A stretch of 39,538 bases of DNA from a virus (taxonomy: Duplodnaviria; Caudoviricetes). Shown here piece by piece: positions 28,186-36,005 of the stretch. Within the stretch, counting starts at the first letter, position 1. Each line of letters begins with the position of its first letter. A program made the position numbers and the translations under genes. The stretch spans positions 1 through 39,538 of IMG/VR virus record IMGVR_UViG_3300040985_000229. One strand, given 5' to 3'. The notes beneath the pieces are model-generated. The model ran no database searches. It saw only the letters and a program-made list of their open reading frames with translations, and was not told the DNA's origin.

Positions 28186-28850
28186 TACACCCTCAAATAC
28201 CTTATACTAGGTTGCAGTTTAAGTGAGGTACGACCTATATCTTCGTCCGCTGCTCGTTGAAACTCTTCTTCATACACAGACTTTAAAAGCTGCACACGAT
28301 CAGGGGCACGCTTCATCGCCATATAATACGCTAGCCCTGCAACCATGCAGGGGTAAAATCGAAAAGGCATGTCGGTAGTGTTCGTCAAAGCGTCCGCATC
28401 TTCTATTCGCTGCACATAGTAAAAAATCAACTGATCCGTTGAGTTTTCAGGCACCGTCCATAAATTGATTACAGGCACAATCTGCCTGTCAAAGTAGAAC
28501 TGAGAAGGGCGTCCTTGAGTTGTTTTATTAGGAAGAGTTAAATAATCCCCCCTACTAATCCGTTGGACAGTGTAGTCCGTGCCATCCCGGCGAAGAACCA
28601 CTTCTAGTAAGTCTACAACATCTGCGGTCAACGTGATCGCTGCTGTTCCTTGAGTCAAGGTCTTAGTGTCTTGCTCAACTGTCCACAGGTTTACACCACG
28701 ATTAGCCCAATCCGCAAACATCAGGTTCAAGGATCGTCTAGCCGTCTTGGCATCGTACCCTGTACGAACTTCTAGTCCGCAGCGCTCATATGCCTCTTCG
28801 ATGACTTCAGCGACATCGAGGTTAAAGTCTCTTGAACCAGAAGTAGCCAT
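28185..28850 (-). CDS. Head-tail adaptor / head-closure protein
   Basis: EVIEEAYERCG...ARRSLNLMFADWANRG, QGRPSQFY, PFRFYPCMVAGLAYY; ATG 28850 in TGATG overlap. Confidence 0.78.
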   Translation of the reverse strand: MATSGSRDFNLDVAEVIEEAYERCGLEVRTGYDAKTARRSLNLMFADWANRGVNLWTVEQDTKTLTQGTAAITLTADVVDLLEVVLRRDGTDYTVQRISRGDYLTLPNKTTQGRPSQFYFDRQIVPVINLWTVPENSTDQLIFYYVQRIEDADALTNTTDMPFRFYPCMVAGLAYYMAMKRAPDRVQLLKSVYEEEFQRAADEDIGRTSLKLQPSIRYLRV

Positions 28851-28975
28851 CAATAGCACCCCTTAAAGGTGCCCTTACGTACAAGCCCACCTTTTTTATA
28901 CTTAACTAACCCGCCTTTTTTCATACCTTGAGCTTTTTTAAACGCTGCATCAGTAGGGGCACCTTTTTTACCCAT
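28850..28975 (-). CDS. Small basic protein (41 aa) with two KKGGLV repeats
   Basis: MGKKGAPTDAAFKKAQGMKKGGLVKYKKGGLVRKGTFKGCY; strong SD AAGGAGAG; stop coupled to the next ATG. Confidence 0.75.
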   Translation of the reverse strand: MGKKGAPTDAAFKKAQGMKKGGLVKYKKGGLVRKGTFKGCY

Positions 28976-28976
28976 A

Positions 28977-29210
28977 TTACCTCTCCTTTGTGGTGACTTG
29001 GACACCTGAGAAGACATCTGTCCACGACTTATCAAGAAATGCCTGCCTTTCCGTTAGTCCTTCAATTGCAACAACTAGATGATCTATCTTCACGTCCATA
29101 ACTTCAGTTCTTTTGTCTACAGACACTAAAGTAGACACCATCCATGCTATCCCTCCAGTACATAAGGTGACGGCTGCACCCCAAAATAACAGTTGCAGGT
29201 GTTTATCCAT
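28977..29210 (-). CDS. Single-TM protein with coiled-coil tail
   Basis: LLFWGAAVTLCTGGIAWMVSTLV hydrophobic segment followed by heptads; ATG 29210. Confidence 0.65.
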   Translation of the reverse strand: MDKHLQLLFWGAAVTLCTGGIAWMVSTLVSVDKRTEVMDVKIDHLVVAIEGLTERQAFLDKSWTDVFSGVQVTTKER

Positions 29211-29229
29211 GTCAACATTTCCACCGCTT

Positions 29230-29499
29230 TTATCCAAAGAACCCAGTGATTGATGTGACGTTAGTCAACGTAACGTGGCACTCATCATCAAAAATAATGC
29301 CGTGATCAGGAACATAAACCTGTACCCAATCACTTGCATTAAAGACCATATCAAGTTGTGTTGCACCAGAACTTCCGTTCTTAAACACAACTTGAGGCGA
29401 ACCCGCCGCTGCCTTAACAGTAAAAGACTTGAGGCGAGTTCGACCTGCTTGAAGAGTGCCTGTAGCTGTTGCTGTCTTAGTAAATATAGACGCCGCCAT
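29230..29499 (-). CDS. Small beta-rich virion protein
   Basis: 89 aa, SD AGGAGG, follows the decoration-like gene. Confidence 0.7.
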   Translation of the reverse strand: MAASIFTKTATATGTLQAGRTRLKSFTVKAAAGSPQVVFKNGSSGATQLDMVFNASDWVQVYVPDHGIIFDDECHVTLTNVTSITGFFG

Positions 29500-29511
29500 G
29501 AAAGACCCTCC

Positions 29512-29997
29512 TTATGGTTGTAATGTTGCGTGCACCGCTTGAACGTAATCCACTACCAACGTGCCAACGCCTGTACCTGTGTTCACACTAAGAATACGGA
29601 TACGTTTTGAATTAGTTCCTGTGTTGTCCCAATTCTGCACACGAGCTTGGTTTGCCCCTGGGGTAGCAGAAATAAGACCTAACGTACCACCTGCAACACC
29701 TGTTGCGGTGGTAATCGACGTTGCATCAACTACGGTGCCATCGTCCCAACCTAACCCCGCTGTAGAGGCTGCACCGTTCCAAACAGTGGTGACGTACAGT
29801 TTGATCGACAAGATCCGACTGTTAGCAGGAATAATAATGGTAGTGGCAGGGGCAGCAGAAGTAGCGGCCTGAGTGACAGCTACTGATTGTGATGTCACCG
29901 CGTACCCGACATTCGCCATGTCGTTCTGTACATTAGTGCCTGTGGTATTTTTAAGTGGGCCAGATCTAATCGGGCCTGAAAATGTTGTTGTAGCCAT
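29512..29997 (-). CDS. Probable capsid decoration / minor head protein
   Basis: MATTTFSGPIRSG start, IIIPANSRIL.I.L.VTT.W beta-sandwich; SD AGGAG; first gene after the capsid gene. Confidence 0.62.
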   Translation of the reverse strand: MATTTFSGPIRSGPLKNTTGTNVQNDMANVGYAVTSQSVAVTQAATSAAPATTIIIPANSRILSIKLYVTTVWNGAASTAGLGWDDGTVVDATSITTATGVAGGTLGLISATPGANQARVQNWDNTGTNSKRIRILSVNTGTGVGTLVVDYVQAVHATLQP

Positions 29998-30002
29998 TTG
30001 AA

Positions 30003-30048
30003 TCTCCTGTCGTGGCTAGTGTCAAACACACCATGTGTTTGTCAGGGA
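30003..30048 (-). promoter_or_regulatory. Structured 5' leader able to sequester the SD of the decoration-like gene
   Basis: RNA UCCCUG-A-[CAAACACA UGG UGUGUUUG]-ACACUAGCCACGA-CAGGAGA; the outer stem pairs over AGGAG. Confidence 0.5.
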
Positions 30049-30075
30049 TAAAAAAACCATACATTACATTAAGAC

Positions 30076-30104
30076 AAAAAGAAAGGGGCTACCGAAGTAG
30101 CCCC
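30076..30104 (-). terminator. Rho-independent terminator after the major capsid gene
   Basis: GGGGCTAC-TTCG-GTAGCCCC followed by TTTCTTTTT. Confidence 0.93.
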
Positions 30105-30138
30105 AGTCCAACAGGGAGGAGTAGTGATGAAAATCACT
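30076..30138 (-). ncRNA. Candidate small RNA with a CUCCUCCC anti-SD motif
   Basis: TGTGCTACATG element at 30155-30145, small hairpin, CTCCTCCC at 30121-30114, intrinsic terminator; no expression evidence. Confidence 0.3.
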
Positions 30139-30157
30139 GCTCCACATGTAGCACAGA

Positions 30158-31069
30158 TTACGCGCCAGGGGAACCGTAGATACAACGTGGATCAGAAAAC
30201 CCAAAGCTGTACCGTTCACGGGCCTTAAAGCGCATGTTACCTGTGTCGAAATCTGCTTCCATGTTTGTAGACAAAGCAGTCCGCTCAAAGTGGATCATTC
30301 CACGAGGAGCATCTGTCAACACAAAGAAGTGATCTGGGTCTAACAGATAGTCGTTTACAGTGTAACCTTGCGGCAACATACCCATAGAACGCAATGCGTT
30401 CACGTCATTGTCTGCGGTTCCAACCCGAAGGTTTGATACCATAAGACGTTCTGCAACGAATTGCAGTTGACGTGGGACAACCAGTTTGGTTCCACGTAAA
30501 GCAACTTTTAGACCACGCTCATCCACAAAACCTGCGATATTGATCAAAGCATCTTCTAGAGATGTTTCGTTCAAATCAGCAGCAGTTGCGGGAGTGTTGG
30601 CAAACGTACCACCATTTGTAAGTGGGTGGGTTGTCGCACATAAAGCAACGCCATCACCGCCTGCACTCGCCCCGCCAGTAAAGGCGTTGTTGAGTACCGC
30701 AGCAGCTTTAACCTGCTTAGTGTGTGCCATAGAACGAGCCAACGCACGAGTATAACGCGAACCAAGACGATCATAGAGATTGTCTTCGATAGCTTCCTCA
30801 GTAATAGAGAACGCCAACGCGATAGTTTCGTGGTTGTAACGAGCAGTGTATGCTTCGTTAGCATCGTCAAAGTTAACAGCAGAACCTTCCGACTTGGTAG
30901 GTGCCGCTCCGAAGCCGCTCAACATCACCTCTTCCTCGAATGCTCGATCTGAAGATTCGGTGGTGTAGATCTCGGCGTGTTGGTTTTCGTACCTTCCGTA
31001 CTCCATACCAAACAGCGCGTTGAGGCCCGGTTCTAGCTCTTTCGCTAGTTGTGCGCGAGAAATAGCCAT
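30158..31069 (-). CDS. Major capsid protein (HK97 fold, Mu gpT-like family)
   Basis: MAISRAQLAKELEPGLNALFG...AFSITEEAIEDNLY...FKARERYSFG; downstream of the scaffold and followed by a strong terminator. Confidence 0.92.
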   Translation of the reverse strand: MAISRAQLAKELEPGLNALFGMEYGRYENQHAEIYTTESSDRAFEEEVMLSGFGAAPTKSEGSAVNFDDANEAYTARYNHETIALAFSITEEAIEDNLYDRLGSRYTRALARSMAHTKQVKAAAVLNNAFTGGASAGGDGVALCATTHPLTNGGTFANTPATAADLNETSLEDALINIAGFVDERGLKVALRGTKLVVPRQLQFVAERLMVSNLRVGTADNDVNALRSMGMLPQGYTVNDYLLDPDHFFVLTDAPRGMIHFERTALSTNMEADFDTGNMRFKARERYSFGFSDPRCIYGSPGA

Positions 31070-31082
31070 TCTTTAGACCTCC

Positions 31083-31718
31083 TTATACGCCAGTAGTCGA
31101 TGGAGTACCGGCTACAATAGCACCGTTAGGTGAATTGAAGCTGTTATTCAATCGAACAATGAGTGGGATACCTGCTGCGGTAAAGTCACTATTCTCTGGA
31201 TCATCTTGGATACCGATGATACGCAGATGTAGTGCCGCAGTGGCGGCGATTGTGCTGACACCCAACTTAGCGGACGAAATACCTGTGGTCGTAGAACCAG
31301 AAGTACCCGTTGCAAAGTTTGCGTTTGCGAACACATGTCCTCGTGCAGTTGCTTCACTAGTAAGAGAAGCGTCTGATGCGATAACAAATGTACTCATTGG
31401 GTTGTCGTACACATGGGCAACAACGGGATGGTTTGCATCCGCGCCTGACCCTGGCCAGTAGTTAGAATAAATCTTCTCACCAGTGGTAGACGAAACGTAT
31501 GAACAGCCCCAAAAAACACCAACAAGACCTACAGTGCCACCTGCTGCCGCGCCAACTATGTCGATAAAACCAGTTGAAAGCGGAATAACAGGAGAGCCTT
31601 GATAGATCGCGTTAGTGTTTGTCGTAGCGATTCGATACTCGGTCATACCAGTGGTGTTTGCAGCCTGACCGACTACACCAATCGGACGAAGTCCGAAAGC
31701 ACCGTTACTGTTTGCCAT
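31083..31718 (-). CDS. Capsid-associated structural protein
   Basis: MANSNGAFGLRP...IYQGSPV...GVFWGC.Y; small-residue-rich; directly upstream of the capsid gene. Confidence 0.7.
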   Translation of the reverse strand: MANSNGAFGLRPIGVVGQAANTTGMTEYRIATTNTNAIYQGSPVIPLSTGFIDIVGAAAGGTVGLVGVFWGCSYVSSTTGEKIYSNYWPGSGADANHPVVAHVYDNPMSTFVIASDASLTSEATARGHVFANANFATGTSGSTTTGISSAKLGVSTIAATAALHLRIIGIQDDPENSDFTAAGIPLIVRLNNSFNSPNGAIVAGTPSTTGV

Positions 31719-31735
31719 AGTAGCAATCCTCTATT

Positions 31736-32197
31736 TTAGTCGGAGTCTCTGCGAGATCCTCCGAATGATACGCGACTTCGCCTATCATTACTGATAGGCA
31801 TCGAAGGATGTTGTTCCTTCATCAAGTCCTGATCCACAGCGTCCATTGCGTCGCGGGTGCGGCCCCCGTAATACTCGTTTCTTTCGTGGGCTGTTTCTTC
31901 AGGTATTCTACATAACATTAGGCCACCTTGTCCGATGACGCCTTGATGCTGACCATTTTCAATAACCGCGTATTCACGTCCGGGGTATTCGTCTGCACGA
32001 ACAGGCTCCCATCCTTCACGCAACTTAGTATGGACGTTCATTTTGTCCTCTTCGCCACGCATAGCGGTTCTTATCCAACGGTGAACAAACCCTTCTGGAG
32101 GATCTGGTGCTTCAAGATGACTGGGCGGTGCCCAAGGTTTTCTGCGTGCTTCTTTATCACGAGTGTCACTCTTACGAGAAGTTCTTGCATTAGCCAT
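31736..32197 (-). CDS. Conserved head-morphogenesis-region protein
   Basis: PWAPPSHLEAP..PEGFVHRWIR...LREGWEPVRADEYP...GGLMLCRIPEE. Confidence 0.72.
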   Translation of the reverse strand: MANARTSRKSDTRDKEARRKPWAPPSHLEAPDPPEGFVHRWIRTAMRGEEDKMNVHTKLREGWEPVRADEYPGREYAVIENGQHQGVIGQGGLMLCRIPEETAHERNEYYGGRTRDAMDAVDQDLMKEQHPSMPISNDRRSRVSFGGSRRDSD

Positions 32198-32200
32198 GTT

Positions 32201-33073
32201 TTAGTCCTCCTTCACATACTTGGCGTATTCTTCCAGTGGTACACCAAGTTTCTTCGCAATCGCTACAGCGGAAGGAGTTAACCTGACTGATCTACTGCGC
32301 CCTGAAGTACTGCGGGATGCTGAAGCGGCAGCAGGTGCGACCTGTGCTCCACCCGATTTTTTCGTGCCAGGAAACTTGTGTGGAAACTCTTTCCTAACAC
32401 GTTTGTCTAACTCAGTGTAATATTCTTCGGCCTCTGAGTCAAATCCTTCTGCCTCAAGTGTGTGGTGTAATGCCAAAGCACCTGCGGTCATGACTGAATC
32501 TGGGCCAAACCAAGAATTCTTTTCTTTCCATTTAACCGCCCTCTCAGAAGGTTGAGGACGTTGCTGCTGCGGTGGTTGCTGCTGCGGTTGTTGAGGACGT
32601 TGCTGCTGACGAGCCTGCGCCTCTACCCGGGCTTTAGCGGTAGTATAACGGTTTTTCTCGACCGCAATTGCTGCCATGGCTTGCTGCGCTTCCATAATCT
32701 TGTCGGCGTCTCCGTTTTCATATGCTTCTTTATGAATACGTTTTACTTGGTCTTCTTGCGCTTGCAGGCGAGTGCCGTATTCAGACAGATATCCCGTATC
32801 TAAACTTTGGACTTTTTGTTTCAGCTTTTGATTTTCTGCCAACAATTGTTGGGACATTCTAACCGCTTCAGCTTGATCTCTTTCCGCTTGCCTGCGTTTT
32901 TCCGTGAGCTTGTTGATACGTGTCTGGACACCTTTACTGTACGACTCTAACTCGTCGTCCCCAGACGCTTCCTGAAACTGCGGGGGTTCTTCTGTAGCAG
33001 AATCTTCACCTTCCTGCTGCGGATCCTCGACTACAACCTCTTCAATTTCCTGCTTGGTATCTTCGTCAGCCAT
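32201..33073 (-). CDS. Capsid scaffolding protein
   Basis: Acidic N-terminus, long coiled coil, C-terminal VRLTPS..AIAKKLGVPLEEYAKY helix-turn-helix. Confidence 0.82.
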   Translation of the reverse strand: MADEDTKQEIEEVVVEDPQQEGEDSATEEPPQFQEASGDDELESYSKGVQTRINKLTEKRRQAERDQAEAVRMSQQLLAENQKLKQKVQSLDTGYLSEYGTRLQAQEDQVKRIHKEAYENGDADKIMEAQQAMAAIAVEKNRYTTAKARVEAQARQQQRPQQPQQQPPQQQRPQPSERAVKWKEKNSWFGPDSVMTAGALALHHTLEAEGFDSEAEEYYTELDKRVRKEFPHKFPGTKKSGGAQVAPAAASASRSTSGRSRSVRLTPSAVAIAKKLGVPLEEYAKYVKED

Positions 33074-33082
33074 TAAACCCTC

Positions 33083-33568
33083 CTAAACATGCTTAACATC
33101 ATCTGGCTCTAGTAAAGTGGCGATAACTTCGTCATCATTAATAATGCGAACCTCGCCGCCATCAATTTGAAACCGTGAGCCAGAATACCGACCAATGCAC
33201 ACCCATTGACCCTCTTTGCACCAAGGAGCGTCATCTGATCCAAACTTTTCAGGGTCTTTGTACGCCAGTGGCCCAAGCTTCATTACGTATGCCACAACTG
33301 TAGCAACCCGTTCCCGCTCTCTCACCTCATCAGGAATGTATAACCCGCTCGATGTTTTAGCTTTACCTTGATACGGCATGACTAAAACCCTCCAACCTGT
33401 GGGTTGAGGAAGTCGATCAAGTAACGGTTTGTCTAGAAGAGTTGGGTCTAATACCCGTTCTTTAGCGTCAACATATGCGCTTTCCAAAGTATCAGAACCC
33501 TTTTTGGATTCTTTTTCTTTGTTCATTTTCTGCGCGACATGGTCAGGAAGATATAAGGTCTTCGACAT
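33083..33568 (-). CDS. groES: GroES/Cpn10-like co-chaperonin
   Basis: PTGWRVLV...KTSSGLYIPD...GQWVCIGRYSG...GGEVRIINDDEVIA. Confidence 0.88.
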   Translation of the reverse strand: MSKTLYLPDHVAQKMNKEKESKKGSDTLESAYVDAKERVLDPTLLDKPLLDRLPQPTGWRVLVMPYQGKAKTSSGLYIPDEVRERERVATVVAYVMKLGPLAYKDPEKFGSDDAPWCKEGQWVCIGRYSGSRFQIDGGEVRIINDDEVIATLLEPDDVKHV

Positions 33569-33755
33569 CGTCTACGTTTTTCTCCAGCAGGGACTTGATT
33601 TCTTCTCTGGCAAAAGAGAGTCCCCGTATCTCTCCTACCGACATTTTATACTGCTCCCAGTCCTTTACAGCCCCGTGAGAAAGAGCGTGAGATATGTCTT
33701 CCTGTCGCTCTTCAAGTTTCTTATACAGGTATTTTGCCAGTTCGACAACATCCAT
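33543..33755 (-). CDS. Small helical hypothetical protein
   Basis: 70 aa, TAATG-coupled; G.VKDWEQYK..VGEIRGL pattern often seen before phage groES. Confidence 0.72.
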   Translation of the reverse strand: MDVVELAKYLYKKLEERQEDISHALSHGAVKDWEQYKMSVGEIRGLSFAREEIKSLLEKNVDDVEDLISS

Positions 33756-34117
33756 TATAAAATATCCTTGTACTCCTCCTGTGGGTTGGATGTAATCGCC
33801 TCACCTTCTACCCACTCACTGCATGTGTTTTCACTTTTACATACAAACTTGAGCAATTGGCAATACCCTGTGTCCCCAGAATCATCCTCTATGCACTCTT
33901 TAATTTCATCTGTCTGATTGTACATCGAGCATGTTGCGCAGCATTTATCAACATTTGTACACTTGGAGTAGTTATACTCGTCTACTGCCGCAGTCATGTT
34001 TTCTTCATTTAAATCTGAATCCTGGGTAGGAAGAGGACAACTTTCACCATCTTCTGTCGCTTCCATTTTATCAACAGGCATACCTTCAGGCAGGATACTA
34101 ATCATTATGGTAGACAT
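33755..34117 (-). CDS. Acidic Cys-rich protein (probable metal-binding)
   Basis: 120 aa; CCATCSMY...GYCQLLKFVC...TCSEW; TGATG-coupled. Confidence 0.7.
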   Translation of the reverse strand: MSTIMISILPEGMPVDKMEATEDGESCPLPTQDSDLNEENMTAAVDEYNYSKCTNVDKCCATCSMYNQTDEIKECIEDDSGDTGYCQLLKFVCKSENTCSEWVEGEAITSNPQEEYKDIL

Positions 34118-34350
34118 CAGTAGGTTCTCCCTCTTTGACGATTAAAACGAACATCGTTTTGCTGCTGACGGTTATTGTAATCCATGTCGTACTGTTGGAT
34201 TAAATAGTCCTGTAAATCCTCCATCCGTCTTCCTAGAGAAGATTTCTGGTTATACTCCCTATAAGTAGGGGCATTTGGATCCGTCAATGCTTCTGATAAA
34301 GCATCTTCAATAGCTTTTTTTGTGTTACGGGTAATCATTACGTCAACCAT
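34117..34350 (-). CDS. Hypothetical protein
   Basis: 77 aa, fills the gap between the endolysin and the Cys-rich gene. Confidence 0.62.
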   Translation of the reverse strand: MVDVMITRNTKKAIEDALSEALTDPNAPTYREYNQKSSLGRRMEDLQDYLIQQYDMDYNNRQQQNDVRFNRQRGRTY

Positions 34351-34955
34351 CCATAGATTTTTTTTGTTTTCTCTTGTCGATCTGACAAGCCATGATACCC
34401 ACCGTTTACTCTGCGCGTGATCTTTTTTATCACATCATCTGTGACGCCTTCTTCCGCAACTTTCAGCAAACCGTTTGTCTTGAAAAACCACAACGCTGTT
34501 TCAAACGCATACTCATCCTCTATCAAGCTTGGGTCTGTCATAACCTCTGGAACGCCCATATCTGAAGCAAAGGAACGGTAGTTGAGTTTTCCGGTCAACT
34601 GAAGCCAACCCCGGCCAATGTGCGCTTTAGCGTCCGCTTCGGAAAAATTTCCTAGGCTCTCCCGCAAATAAACTTTACCTGCGATTTTAGACGGTTGACG
34701 GTGGTATTCTTTGGCTTCTTCCTCTGTCTTAAAACGAGAAGGCCATGTTCTCATTAATCCCTCCCAACTATAGTTGAGATTTTCCCGTGCCCGTTTGAAG
34801 CCACCACTTTCGTGCATGGCTTGACCCAACAAATGTGCTGCTTGTTCCGCAGACAAATCGTAATGCTTGGCAATGCCCTTGGCAGTATTGGGGCCAAAAC
34901 TCCCGTCTGGAGTGCATCCGCACTTCTTTTGGAGCCTCCGCATTGCCTCACTCAT
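34338..34955 (-). CDS. Glycoside hydrolase family 19 endolysin with short N-terminal peptidoglycan-binding-like segment
   Basis: LQKKCG..PDGSFGPNT; AHLLGQAMHESGGF...ENLNYS; GRGWLQLTGKLNY; RRVNGGYHGLSDR; SD GGAG. Confidence 0.9.
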   Translation of the reverse strand: MSEAMRRLQKKCGCTPDGSFGPNTAKGIAKHYDLSAEQAAHLLGQAMHESGGFKRARENLNYSWEGLMRTWPSRFKTEEEAKEYHRQPSKIAGKVYLRESLGNFSEADAKAHIGRGWLQLTGKLNYRSFASDMGVPEVMTDPSLIEDEYAFETALWFFKTNGLLKVAEEGVTDDVIKKITRRVNGGYHGLSDRQEKTKKIYGWLT

Positions 34956-35044
34956 TTTTTAGTCTCCAGATACAAGCGATAACAGTTAACAGCCGTATTC
35001 AAGCTAACAGCCGTAAACAGTAAAATCCATTGCCACATGTCCAT
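34952..35044 (-). CDS. 30-aa single-TM micro-protein (not in ORF track)
   Basis: MDMWQWILLFTAVSLNTAVNCYRLYLETKK*; SD AAGGAG; TGATG overlap upstream, ATGA overlap with the endolysin. Confidence 0.7.
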   Translation of the reverse strand: MDMWQWILLFTAVSLNTAVNCYRLYLETKK

Positions 35045-35157
35045 CACGACTCCTTTGCATCTCGTTTGCCTTGACGACGATACTTCGCTTTATCCGCTTT
35101 CTTGTAGGACTTCTCCCACTGCTTGCTCAAGCAATATATTCGATCTCGCTTTGCCAT
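35044..35157 (-). CDS. 37-aa basic micro-protein (not in ORF track)
   Basis: MAKRDRIYCLSKQWEKSYKKADKAKYRRQGKRDAKES*; TAATG overlap with the holin stop. Confidence 0.68.
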   Translation of the reverse strand: MAKRDRIYCLSKQWEKSYKKADKAKYRRQGKRDAKES

Positions 35158-35540
35158 TATTTAGTGTCCGTTTTTGCAGACTTGTCATAGCTACGCATTC
35201 CCGCAATTCCAAGCATTCCAAATAGCAAAGGCATCATGACGCTCATATCGGCTTGCGGAATGACAACGCCAAACCCCGCGCAAATGGGCGCAACCATGTA
35301 ATTAATCCCAAGAGACAACCCAGATATCCATCCTATGAGCGGCCTCCAAGACGCCTGAAACCAGTTGCCTTTGGCATCGGCCTTGAGAACCTCAATTTGA
35401 GCAAGCATGGCATCCTGCGCGTGTCGCTCTGACATCGTTGCTATCTCATGAGCCAAGGCCGCTTTCTGATCCTTGTCCTCAACAAACTTATCTAGCAAAC
35501 CACTAACAGGGCCGACCAAATTATTTAATAATTGCATCAT
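35157..35540 (-). CDS. Holin, 3-TM (GTA-holin-like) family
   Basis: GLLDKFVEDKD...AQIEVLKADA...FQASWRPLIGW...LLFGMLGIAGMRSYDK. Confidence 0.85.
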   Translation of the reverse strand: MMQLLNNLVGPVSGLLDKFVEDKDQKAALAHEIATMSERHAQDAMLAQIEVLKADAKGNWFQASWRPLIGWISGLSLGINYMVAPICAGFGVVIPQADMSVMMPLLFGMLGIAGMRSYDKSAKTDTK

Positions 35541-35743
35541 TTTTCATGTCCTAACCAAAGTCCAAAAGCGCCACTAATTGCCCCAGTGACAGTTGCGGTG
35601 AGGGCGGTGGCCTGTGTACTTACAGTCTCTTGGGGAAGGCTCATAAACCAGTCCAGAACGACTACATACTGCCAGAGCATAACAGCCATAACTATCCGGG
35701 GGAGAAGCTTCCACGATAAAATCCGCTCCATCGCTATGTTCAT
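35537..35743 (-). CDS. Small two-TM membrane protein
   Basis: WKLLPRIVMAVML...WFM.LP...ALTATVTGAISGAFGLWL; ATG 35743 with SD GAGG. Confidence 0.72.
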   Translation of the reverse strand: MNIAMERILSWKLLPRIVMAVMLWQYVVVLDWFMSLPQETVSTQATALTATVTGAISGAFGLWLGHEK

Positions 35744-35744
35744 T

Positions 35745-36005
35745 TTACACCTCAAAGTCTACGATCAAACCAGTACGTAAAGTAGCGGCGGGTATTATAC
35801 GTCCACTACTATTATACGTTAAAATAGCTTTGTGTCTATGGTGCGATCTTAATACCTCAATAGCCTGCTCCATTCTGGCCTTGCTGTGAAGGTTTGTGCT
35901 GATGTTTGATCTGGTGGCGGGGTCTACATTATGTGGGGGCTTGCCGTCCACATTTGGATAAACTGGAGGAAATAAACTAAAGGGCCAGTCTGCGGCCTCA
36001 ACCAC
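35745..36005 (-). CDS. Hypothetical protein
   Basis: 86 aa, GTG start immediately after the upstream stop. Confidence 0.55.
   Translation of the reverse strand: MVEAADWPFSLFPPVYPNVDGKPPHNVDPATRSNISTNLHSKARMEQAIEVLRSHHRHKAILTYNSSGRIIPAATLRTGLIVDFEV

Noticed and set aside
28976-29035. Longer TTG-started form (MISRGQ...) of the small basic protein, echoing the capsid N-terminus AISRAQ
   Set aside because: Overlaps the upstream TM gene and lacks an SD, whereas ATG 28975 has a strong SD; may be a relic
30003-30048. Hammerhead or other self-cleaving ribozyme in the leader (CUGA before a hairpin)
   Set aside because: Lacks the CUGANGA...GAAA core
30118-30143. Plus-strand RNA suggested by a GAAA-loop hairpin with a G-U pair
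   Set aside because: No plus-strand promoter, terminator U-tract or ORF supports it; cannot be excluded without RNA data
32551-32608. 19-bp direct repeat GTTGAGGACGTTGCTGCTG (32551-32569, 32590-32608)
   Set aside because: In-frame Q/P-rich linker of the scaffold; two copies only, not a CRISPR array or att site
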